Assembly (NCBI GenBank): GCA_030614005.1
Contig: JAUWKS010000013.1
Span: 31,466-63,465 of the forward strand
Direction: 5' to 3'
Origin: Candidatus Heimdallarchaeota archaeon
GTDB lineage: Archaea; Asgardarchaeota; Heimdallarchaeia; JABLTI01
Length of the DNA: 32,000 nt
Shown: positions 9,842 to 17,907 of the stretch, piece by piece
Numbering within the stretch: position 1 is the stretch's first letter
Layout: each line of letters opens with the position of its first letter
Notes under the pieces: generated by a model
Told to the model about the DNA's origin: nothing
Database searches by the model: none
Seen by the model: only the letters and a program-made list of their open reading frames with translations
Program-made: the position numbers and the translations under genes

Positions 9842-11962
9842 TTGAGCGACTATATACATACTATCAGCTTCAAAGTTCTCATAGATTCTGAAGTGGTGGA
9901 TTTTACGTTTAGAGTTCCACGAGGAACGTTGCTAATCCAAGTATTGGATGAACTTGAAACAACGCTGAAAATTCAGCCAAGGGTTATTGCTACAGTAAAT
10001 CATGATGGAGAAATAGTTATTATCGAAAACCATTATTCCACCGTTGAGTACCTTATGCAAAAACATGGAACTGATTTTTATGCTGGCGGATCAAGTATTG
10101 TGACATTCAATCATGGAGAATACATTATTGATCTAGAAGTTCCAGAAGCAATTCCATTTGCATCATCCTTTAGAACAGCCTGTAAAAGCTTCTCGATAAT
10201 GCCAAGAGATGTCTCTATGGAAAGACAAGATGGTCAAGTGATGGATTATGAAATATTTCGTATGCCCACCGCTTTTGTGCTAAACTCTTGGGGGAATTTT
10301 TATCGAATTGTTGATCGCGAATTAGGTGATCCTTTAATTGATCCACCAAAAGCAGTTGAAGAAGAGTCGCTCACACATACAGAGCAAACTTCTGAAGAAA
10401 TAAAATCGGAACAAGATTCAATGGTCTACCCACCGAAATTAGATGGTTCTGAATTAATAGATGCAGCTTCAGTAGTATCTGAAATAGATACTTTGACTGA
10501 TCATTTTGTTGAATCCTCCTTATCTGATGACCAAGAAAAACCAACAATTGAATCATTAATGGATGAAATACGTATAGATAGTGAAACCGATTTAGACGAT
10601 GACGAAGAGGAGTTTATGACTCAAGCAATTGACGAACCCTTAGCAGATTCTGTTATTACAGATGTTTCACACATAGAGGAGAAGGAGGAGGAACCTGAAG
10701 GCGTTCCCCTAAGTGAAGTGATTGATTTTGACGATGAAATAGAAGCTTTAGAGGATGAAACAATTGCTGATGAAGAGGAAGAAGATGATTTAGAAATTTT
10801 TGCCCAAGATTATGAAGAAGTAACGGATTTTGAAGAAGTTGATACTGAAGAACAAATTTCCGATGAATTTGTTGATGAGGATGAAGAGGTCATTGACGAT
10901 CTTCCAATTGAAGAAACTTCTCCATCATTTGAAGAAATGATAACAACTTCTGTAATAGAAGAGAAAGTAGAATCAGATGAAGTTGAAGAACCTGAGGAAG
11001 AAAAAATAGTTACTCAACCATTTGATGATGAGCAATTTATTGATTCAATCAATGATCATTATGTTGAAAAAGATACGAGTGATCAAATACCAGTATTCTC
11101 TACTGATGAAACAGAAATAACCGAAGATGTTGAGGATGAAGACTTAGACGAAGACCCTCAAGCATTGGATGATTTGACGGAAGATATGGTTATCAAATCC
11201 GAAGATATTTTCGAATCTGATCTCAAAGAGATAGATGAAGTAACTGAACAACCAGTAGTTGCTCCTATTCAGGATGATTTGTCTTTAGACCAAAGATTAG
11301 AGATTAGAAAACAAGAGCTAGTTACTCTTGAAAAAATCTTAAGTGAAGAAGAGAAATTAAAAGTAAAGATACAACAAAGGACAATTACCATCGATTATTA
11401 TGAGAAAATGAATCCACGAAAAATATATCCAATAGCGGTGAAAATTTCACCTACTACTTCACCTAAACAAAATAAATTCACTGACCAACTAAAGATTGTA
11501 CCGATATTTCCAGGTTGTTATGTAACTCCCCATCAAGAAATTATTGAAATAAATGGTGAAAGTGATATTGATACAGAATTCACTGTAACACCTCTAATTA
11601 GCAAAGGAATAGTAAATGGAAAACTTGGTATCTGGTATAAAGAAAGAAATATTCTCAATATCAATACTAGATCAAAAATAAGGAATTATTCGGGTTGCAT
11701 TGTTAGTAGCATATTGGCATTTCTATTTGGAATTATGCCTTTTATGTTTTTAATATTCAATTTTAATTTTAATGAAGCTTTAGCAACTGGAATAAATAAC
11801 ATTCTTTCAACATCATTGACAACTACTTTGTTAATGATTATTGAAATAATTCTGTTAGTAGTTTTCCTTGGCCTAATGGTAGGGTTTATTTTCGTAGGGA
11901 AACCAGCAAAACGAAAAATAAAACGCAAATTTTATCCTGTTGCACCTCAATCTGATGATTAA
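9842..11962 (+). CDS. Membrane-anchored protein: two tandem UFM1-like beta-grasp domains, long acidic disordered linker, coiled coil, predicted beta-sandwich, two C-terminal TM helices
   Basis: Residues ~8-83 (SFKV..VP..T..VL..DG..T..KHGT..AGG) and ~86-162 (LEVPEAIPF..DG..TAFVLNSWGNFYRIVDRELG) align by eye to UFM1. D/E-rich residues ~173-470; two hydrophobic helices and a basic tail KPAKRKIKRK. Confidence 0.8.
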   Translation: MSDYIHTISFKVLIDSEVVDFTFRVPRGTLLIQVLDELETTLKIQPRVIATVNHDGEIVIIENHYSTVEYLMQKHGTDFYAGGSSIVTFNHGEYIIDLEVPEAIPFASSFRTACKSFSIMPRDVSMERQDGQVMDYEIFRMPTAFVLNSWGNFYRIVDRELGDPLIDPPKAVEEESLTHTEQTSEEIKSEQDSMVYPPKLDGSELIDAASVVSEIDTLTDHFVESSLSDDQEKPTIESLMDEIRIDSETDLDDDEEEFMTQAIDEPLADSVITDVSHIEEKEEEPEGVPLSEVIDFDDEIEALEDETIADEEEEDDLEIFAQDYEEVTDFEEVDTEEQISDEFVDEDEEVIDDLPIEETSPSFEEMITTSVIEEKVESDEVEEPEEEKIVTQPFDDEQFIDSINDHYVEKDTSDQIPVFSTDETEITEDVEDEDLDEDPQALDDLTEDMVIKSEDIFESDLKEIDEVTEQPVVAPIQDDLSLDQRLEIRKQELVTLEKILSEEEKLKVKIQQRTITIDYYEKMNPRKIYPIAVKISPTTSPKQNKFTDQLKIVPIFPGCYVTPHQEIIEINGESDIDTEFTVTPLISKGIVNGKLGIWYKERNILNINTRSKIRNYSGCIVSSILAFLFGIMPFMFLIFNFNFNEALATGINNILSTSLTTTLLMIIEIILLVVFLGLMVGFIFVGKPAKRKIKRKFYPVAPQSDD

Positions 11963-12000
11963 CAGACGCTGTTAATCACTTTCATTTTCTAAATGCTCTA

Positions 12001-12014
12001 GAAAGATTTTAATA
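12001..12014 (+). promoter_or_regulatory. Putative BRE-TATA promoter for the OST5-like gene
   Basis: GAAAGA-TTTTAATA about 40 nt upstream of ATG 12054; same pattern as the element at 31048-31061. Confidence 0.45.
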
Positions 12015-12053
12015 TAAACTAAATAAAAAAACAAGAGAAGGTGTTAAGAACAA

Positions 12054-12272
12054 ATGAATGATTTCAACGCATTCCTTGGACCAAAAGGTTTACTAGCATT
12101 TGCAATTATTTTCGTAATTTTAGGAATAGCCGCACTCGCATGGTTATTCATGTATCAAGAAGCAGACCCTGATAGAACATTTCGTGGTTCAGTAGCTAGA
12201 GCGTTTTCTGCATCAATGTTTTTAGGATTTTCAGCCTTTCTCTTTGTTATTTGGAGCGGCGTACTAATATAA
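12054..12272 (+). CDS. TMEM258: OST5/TMEM258-like oligosaccharyltransferase small subunit (2 TM)
   Basis: LGIAALAWLFMYQ...ASMFLGFSAFLFVIWSGVLI matches recalled human TMEM258 IGMFFTAWFFVYE...[20 protein letters not shown] in motif, spacing and length (72 aa). Confidence 0.8.
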   Translation: MNDFNAFLGPKGLLAFAIIFVILGIAALAWLFMYQEADPDRTFRGSVARAFSASMFLGFSAFLFVIWSGVLI

Positions 12273-12291
12273 TTTCAATAATGAAACGAAG

Positions 12292-12309
12292 AGCGATCGT
12301 TTGATCGCT
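12292..12309. terminator. Hairpin between convergent genes, possible bidirectional terminator
   Basis: AGCGATC-gttt-GATCGCT perfect 7-bp stem in the 59-bp gap, followed by T-rich sequence. Confidence 0.5.
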
Positions 12310-12331
12310 AAACTTTAATTTTATTAGTTCT

Positions 12332-13078
12332 TCAATGGTATTTTGCATTTGAGCATTTGTTCCTAGATTTAATCTTGATGGAATCAAAGAGCATTGAACC
12401 GATATCAATGAATAATAATCTATTAGTTAACAATGGTTTTTCTTTTAACATAACTCTAGTAGCTTCGGCAATCTGTAAACTACCAATTAACTGTATTATA
12501 CTCGGATGAATGCCAGTTTCTGCTGAAGATGGAAGTGCATTATCATCAATATGACCAAATAAACACTCGATACAAGCGCCTCCTCGAACAACTGTCATTA
12601 CATTCCCTGCTAAACCGCTAACCGCACCAAATAGGAAAGGTATATCGCTTTCTAAGCATTTCTTGTTAATTGCGAATCTTGATGTGAACCTATCTAAAGC
12701 ATCAATAACAAAATCAACATTATCAGTTACAAGATCAACATTTCTAGTAGAAACCTCTTCTTGAATGATTTCAATTTTAACATCTGGGTTTAGCTTTTCT
12801 AAGAATTTTTTAGCCGCATTTACCTTTGGTTTGCCTACATCCTTTTCACGGTATAGCATTTGTCTTTGTAAATTTGATAACTCAACAATATCTTTGTCAA
12901 AAAGTCGCAGGTGACCCACACCTAATGCTGTAAGTTGAGTTGCAGTAACAGAACCAAGACCTCCAGCTCCAACAATTGAAACTCTTGCTCGTCGAATTTT
13001 TTTCATACCCTCAACACCAATTGTTGGGAGATTAACAAAACGAGAATATCTGCCTGTAGAAAAATTGTTTTCGTTCAA
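12332..13078 (-). CDS. ThiF/MoeB/HesA family E1-like adenylyltransferase
   Basis: RYSR, VSIVGAGGLG, FDKDIVELSNLQRQ, VGKPKV, DALD, CIEC, IGSLQIAEA. Start placed at TTG 13078 (GGAG about 10 nt upstream); the ORF-track start at 13111 overlaps the HD gene. Confidence 0.92.
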   Translation of the reverse strand: MNENNFSTGRYSRFVNLPTIGVEGMKKIRRARVSIVGAGGLGSVTATQLTALGVGHLRLFDKDIVELSNLQRQMLYREKDVGKPKVNAAKKFLEKLNPDVKIEIIQEEVSTRNVDLVTDNVDFVIDALDRFTSRFAINKKCLESDIPFLFGAVSGLAGNVMTVVRGGACIECLFGHIDDNALPSSAETGIHPSIIQLIGSLQIAEATRVMLKEKPLLTNRLLFIDIGSMLFDSIKIKSRNKCSNAKYH

Positions 13079-13082
13079 ATCT

Positions 13083-13673
13083 TTATTTCTCCATAAGTAG
13101 TTCTTTTGCAAGTTTCTTAACTAAGCTAAATTCATAATTGTCAACTTCTTTATTGAAACTAATGAAAAAATCACTAAACATCTCTTTAGAGAGGCCATTT
13201 CGAATATAATTGTTCAGCTGAAGAATTGTTTCAAGACGATCTGCTTCAGATACAATCCTTGCTTCTATTGATTTCTTTTCCTGAAATTCAGCGAAATATT
13301 CTTGCAAAATTTTCCCTTGTTCTTTAGGGAGCTTTGCAAATAATGATTTTGCCGCATTTTTATCAAGGTCATGTTTGAATGCATCATATTTTTCCGGAGA
13401 GAATTTTCTTATGCAACGATTAATATCTTGAGATACACTTTCTGAGAGATCATGAATATGGGCCATAATTAGTGCTTTCTCTAGATTGATTTCCTTTCCT
13501 TTAGCTTTTTCATCAAAACAGATTAGCATAGTTATCATAGTAACAAATTGACTGTGGTCTGCAACACTCTCTACATCTGAAAGCGGAACACCGGAGTAAA
13601 TCCAACCACTTCTAACAATTCGTTTAAGGCGGATGGCTTCTTGTAAAAATGACAATAGATTAATTTCATGCAT
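13083..13673 (-). CDS. HD-domain phosphohydrolase, YfbR/HDDC2-like 5'-deoxynucleotidase family
   Basis: LKRIVRSGW, ESVADHS, AHIHDLSES, EARIVSEADRLE. Confidence 0.88.
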   Translation of the reverse strand: MHEINLLSFLQEAIRLKRIVRSGWIYSGVPLSDVESVADHSQFVTMITMLICFDEKAKGKEINLEKALIMAHIHDLSESVSQDINRCIRKFSPEKYDAFKHDLDKNAAKSLFAKLPKEQGKILQEYFAEFQEKKSIEARIVSEADRLETILQLNNYIRNGLSKEMFSDFFISFNKEVDNYEFSLVKKLAKELLMEK

Positions 13674-13764
13674 TTATATCACACATCTTATAATAATTCA
13701 GTTTTAATTAAAAATGATTGGCAATTACTTTCAAAAAAAGAGTTGGTTGGTAAATTGTTCCAAC

Positions 13765-14532
13765 CTATGTATAAAAGTTGCTCTTTTTCCTTGCTTGTCG
13801 GGGTGTTCCAGCAGACATTTCATTTGTCTGAAGTGCTAATTCTGAAAGTTTCTTTTTAATGGATTCAGATTGCTCAATCAAGGTTTCAACATTGATATCT
13901 AATTCTTTCAAGTCATTGATAATTTTAACAAGAGAGGCAGCCCCACCAGGATCAGGGAGTTCAGGTCTTGTGCCTACAAGAAACGCATAACCATCTATAT
14001 CACTTATCATGGTTTTATTTAGAATTGCACCAGCAAACCCTTTGATAAAGCCACTTTTCAGAGGAGGAATTTTCAGCTTCTCTGCTTTATTTTTAATTTC
14101 GGGTTCGGAAACCATATACACTTTCCCTTCATCCTTTCTATTGAGATAACCAAATCCATCAAGGGTTATAATTTCCTTTGCTCCATGCCCTTCTGCCCAC
14201 GACATAATAGCATTGGAAATAAAGTATGCTGCTTCTGGAGAAACAGCACTTTCACCAATAAATACTGCAATTTTCAAATCCTTCTTCCCCATAATCCGAT
14301 AGGGATGTCTCAGATACCCATCTAGGAAAACAGCAACAGGTGGTATTGCAACGCCTTCAATAAAACCAATGGTTTTTAGTTCCAATTTTTCACTTATATG
14401 TTGGGCAGCAATCGCTCCAGTTAATCCCATACCTGGAAAACCAACAATAACTGTTTCTACATCAAAATCAGTTTTACAGATGCATCGAGCATACATCTCA
14501 CTACTTTCAATTAAACTTCTATCATAGTTCAA
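13765..14532 (-). CDS. PAC2-family proteasome assembly chaperone (archaeal PbaA/PbaB-like)
   Basis: IVGFPGMGLTGAIAA, EIITLDG, GFIKGFAGAIL, PDPGGAA, INVETLIEQSE. Confidence 0.9.
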   Translation of the reverse strand: MNYDRSLIESSEMYARCICKTDFDVETVIVGFPGMGLTGAIAAQHISEKLELKTIGFIEGVAIPPVAVFLDGYLRHPYRIMGKKDLKIAVFIGESAVSPEAAYFISNAIMSWAEGHGAKEIITLDGFGYLNRKDEGKVYMVSEPEIKNKAEKLKIPPLKSGFIKGFAGAILNKTMISDIDGYAFLVGTRPELPDPGGAASLVKIINDLKELDINVETLIEQSESIKKKLSELALQTNEMSAGTPRQARKKSNFYT

Positions 14533-14739
14533 AATACATTTCTCCTACTTTTTTTTTGAAATTAAATGTTTAATATTTCGTAAATATATACTATCTTCTA
14601 CCATTATTTAGACTTGTTGTTTTTTTTCTTTGTAAAAAACTCATCAAATATTAATAAAATGTTAAAATTCAGCTAAAATCTTAATATTAAAACAAATGAA
14701 AGGTCGGAGAATTGGCTCCGACAAATTGCTGTTTGAAAA

Positions 14740-15627
14740 TTATTTTTTCTTCTTAACGATTTCGACCATTTTCTTTATATGTTCTGTAGTGGTTCCACAG
14801 CATCCTCCAAGAACTTCAACACCAAGTTTTTGGATTTCTAGCATATCATTAGCAAACCTAGCAGGATCGATTGGGTAGAGATTTTTACCTGCGACAGTCA
14901 ATGGTGCACCAGCAGTAGGTTGTACGATAACTGGTTTCGTTGCAACATTTTTGATCTCCTTAGCTAGTCCTATCATTTCATAGCTACCAAGTGTACAACC
15001 GCAACCAACAACATCTGCTCCGGCTTTTTCCAAACGAGTAATGGACTCTTTCACATCCATATTACACAAAGGTGTTCGATATCCTTCAGCAAATTTGTCA
15101 AAAGTCATTGCTACGATAATAGGTAAATCACTTGTTTCTTTTACACTCTTAATGGCTTCTTCCGCTTCTTCGATGTAATACATTGTTTCAATACTAAACA
15201 AATCTACATCTGCTTTCGTTAGGGCTTCGATTTGCTCATCAAAAGCTTCACGGAACATTGCTAACGTATAGTCTCCACCATCACGTTCTAAAAGCACTGC
15301 ATTAGGACCAACATTTCCAGCAACAAAACCATTTTTTGGGCAAACACTTCTAGCAATCTCTACCTGACGGGTATTGATTTGTTGAATCTTTCCTTCGAGT
15401 TTTTTACCTAGGCCAATAATAGTTGCACCATATGTATTTGTGTGGATAGCATCAACACCGGCATCAAAATGTGCTTTATGTATCTCTGCAATAATCTCTG
15501 AAAAGTAAGCTGAAAATCTTTCTGCAGAATCGCCTAGTACTAATCCTTTCTCAAGGAGCTCTGTTCCCATTGCTCCGTCAAAGAAAACGGTTCGTTCTTC
15601 TATTAGATCAAGTATTGTTTTCTTCAT
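14740..15627 (-). CDS. Homocysteine S-methyltransferase family protein (stand-alone MetH N-terminal-like domain)
   Basis: FFDGAMGTEL, HFDAGVDAIHTNTYG, ADVDLFSIETM, GCGC, GGCCGTTTEHI. Start at ATG 15627 with GGTGA SD (ORF-track start 15663). Confidence 0.9.
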   Translation of the reverse strand: MKKTILDLIEERTVFFDGAMGTELLEKGLVLGDSAERFSAYFSEIIAEIHKAHFDAGVDAIHTNTYGATIIGLGKKLEGKIQQINTRQVEIARSVCPKNGFVAGNVGPNAVLLERDGGDYTLAMFREAFDEQIEALTKADVDLFSIETMYYIEEAEEAIKSVKETSDLPIIVAMTFDKFAEGYRTPLCNMDVKESITRLEKAGADVVGCGCTLGSYEMIGLAKEIKNVATKPVIVQPTAGAPLTVAGKNLYPIDPARFANDMLEIQKLGVEVLGGCCGTTTEHIKKMVEIVKKKK

Positions 15628-15797
15628 AATTTTCACCAAAACTACAACTTTTTTCTTTCCCAATAGTAATTGTTTCTAGTTTTAAAAAACGTTCCTCAAG
15701 AGGAATAGGTGAAGAGAAATAATCAAAACTTTGTTAAAGTGAAATAAACCTTATTCTAAGGTAGTTGAAATTAACCTTTCAATCCAAGTTGATTGTA

Positions 15798-17903
15798 ATG
15801 AAGAAACTAGCTATTGGTATTGATATAGGTGGAACGTTCACAGATATTATTATCCAAAACAAAGACTCTGGCGATATTATCAAACAGCTAAAGGTTGCAA
15901 CAATACTCAAAAACCCCGAAGAAGCCATAATTGCTAGCTTACAACAAGAACTAATCAGTGAAGACATAGACTTTGTCCAACAAATCTATCATGCAACAAC
16001 TATTGCAACAAATGCTTTTCTTGGTCAAGTAAATTTGGAGTTACCAAAAACAGCGCTCGTAACAACGAAAGGTTTTCGAGATATATTAGAAATAGGTCGA
16101 CAAAGAAGAGCCTCTCTCTATGACTTTTCTTTTGAGAGACCAAAACCCATTATTCCTAGACGTTTTAGATTTGAAATTAAAGAGCGATTAAACCACAAAG
16201 GAGAAATAATCTGCCCTATTGAATTAGATATTCTACCAAAAATAAGTGCCGCTATCAAACAAGAAAATATCAGTAGCGTTGCAATTACTCTTCTCCACTC
16301 ATATAAGAACTCAATCCACGAACAAAAAATCAAAGAATACTTTGAGAAAAATCACAAAGATCTTTATATTTCAACTAGCTTTGAAGTTTCTCCTGAACAC
16401 AGAGAGTTTGAACGAACAAGCACAACAGCAATAAATGCAATATTAATGCCGATAGTTTCTAGATACATAAATTCGTTGGCAGAATCATTTAGAGAATTTG
16501 GTTTTAAAGCTCCTTTGTTCATAATGCAAAGTAATGGTGGAGTCAGTAAATCAGATCAAATACAAAAATTGCCTGTAAGTATAATTGAAAGTGGCCCATC
16601 AGCTGGCGTAGTTGCTTCTCGATTTTATGCTGAATTCCTTGATCTTAATAGAGTACTTTCTTTTGACATGGGTGGCACAACCGCAAAAGCAGGTTCAATT
16701 GTAAATAAAACGATTACTTTAACCTCCGAATATGAAATAGGTGGCGATGTACATAGCGGTCGAATAACAAAAGGAAGTGGTTATCCTGCAAGATTTCCAT
16801 TCATTGATTTAGCTGAAATTTCGTCTGGTGGAGGATCAATTGCTTGGGTAGATAACGGAAATGCTTTGCGCGTTGGACCAATTAGCGCTGGGTCAGAACC
16901 AGGACCCGTCTGTTATAATCAGAATGGTATTGATCCCACAATTACTGATGCAAATCTAGTTCTAGGTCGGTTAAACCCTGAAGGCTTGCTCAATAAAACA
17001 TTTAAAATATTTCCTGAATTATCAAAGAAAAGTATAAAGAAGAAAATAGCTTCAAAAATAGATCTGAGTGTCACTGAAAGTGCACTGGGAATCATTGAAA
17101 TTGCTAATATAAATATGAGTCGTATTTTACGAATAGTAACAGTTGAACGTGGATTAGACCCAAGAGATTTCATTTTAATTGCTTTTGGTGGTGCAGGACC
17201 ATTGCACGCGTGTGCCTTAGCTAATGAGCTTGAAATGACTCATATAATAATTCCAAATAATCCTGGACTTTTCTCGGCAATGGGATTACTGTTCACTGAT
17301 GTAAAGCATACAAATGTAAAATCAATAAGAGAAAAGATTGAGAATCTTGATTACCTGATGATTGAAAATGAATTTGGAAAATTGGAAGAAAAGGGAATTG
17401 CTGTTTTAGATGATGAGGGTTTCAAAGGAAAAGATATAATACATCAGAGATTTGCAGAATTACGGTATGTAGGACAAGGTTTTGAATTATTAGTTCCACT
17501 TTCAGACATTAAATTAGTAGCTGATAATACCTCTTCTAAAATTGAGAAGCTCTTTAATCAGAAACATAAAATAATTTACGGTTACATTATGGAAAATGAA
17601 GAGGTTGAAGTGGTAAATATAAGAGTTAATAGTCTTGGTCTTATCAAAAAACCAATTCTAAAGAAAGTCAAACCTGGAGAGAAAAAGCCAATAAAAGAAG
17701 CTATAGTTGATCATAGGCAAGTATTATTCGACAAACAAAAGGAATATATTCAAACACCAATTTATGATCGAACAAAACTTCTAGCAAAGAATGAAATTGC
17801 TGGTCCTGCCATAATAGAACAATACGATTCAACAACAATCCTTCCCCAAAACTGGAAAGCAAAAGTGGATGAATTTGGGTTAATTCATTTGCATAGGATG
17901 TGA
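15798..17903 (+). CDS. Hydantoinase/5-oxoprolinase subunit A (ATP-binding)
   Basis: GIDIGGTFTD, HATTIATNA, ESGPSAG, DMGGTT, GPISAGSEPGP, AFGGAGPLH. Start at ATG 15798 (ORF-track start 15765). Confidence 0.93.
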   Translation: MKKLAIGIDIGGTFTDIIIQNKDSGDIIKQLKVATILKNPEEAIIASLQQELISEDIDFVQQIYHATTIATNAFLGQVNLELPKTALVTTKGFRDILEIGRQRRASLYDFSFERPKPIIPRRFRFEIKERLNHKGEIICPIELDILPKISAAIKQENISSVAITLLHSYKNSIHEQKIKEYFEKNHKDLYISTSFEVSPEHREFERTSTTAINAILMPIVSRYINSLAESFREFGFKAPLFIMQSNGGVSKSDQIQKLPVSIIESGPSAGVVASRFYAEFLDLNRVLSFDMGGTTAKAGSIVNKTITLTSEYEIGGDVHSGRITKGSGYPARFPFIDLAEISSGGGSIAWVDNGNALRVGPISAGSEPGPVCYNQNGIDPTITDANLVLGRLNPEGLLNKTFKIFPELSKKSIKKKIASKIDLSVTESALGIIEIANINMSRILRIVTVERGLDPRDFILIAFGGAGPLHACALANELEMTHIIIPNNPGLFSAMGLLFTDVKHTNVKSIREKIENLDYLMIENEFGKLEEKGIAVLDDEGFKGKDIIHQRFAELRYVGQGFELLVPLSDIKLVADNTSSKIEKLFNQKHKIIYGYIMENEEVEVVNIRVNSLGLIKKPILKKVKPGEKKPIKEAIVDHRQVLFDKQKEYIQTPIYDRTKLLAKNEIAGPAIIEQYDSTTILPQNWKAKVDEFGLIHLHRM

Positions 17904-17907
17904 AGCT

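Noticed and set aside
10560-11200. GAA/GAT-rich stretch as a tandem repeat or array
   Set aside because: Explained by Asp/Glu codons of the acidic linker; no fixed repeat unit.
12332-13078. E1 as a UBA5 ortholog dedicated to UFM1
   Set aside because: GSVTA and LFD.D.VEL.N resemble UBA5, but SNLQRQ and GSLQxxEA are MoeB/ThiF-type and the UBA5 CAASLPTT catalytic motif is absent. Pairing with the UFM1-like domains remains a hypothesis only.
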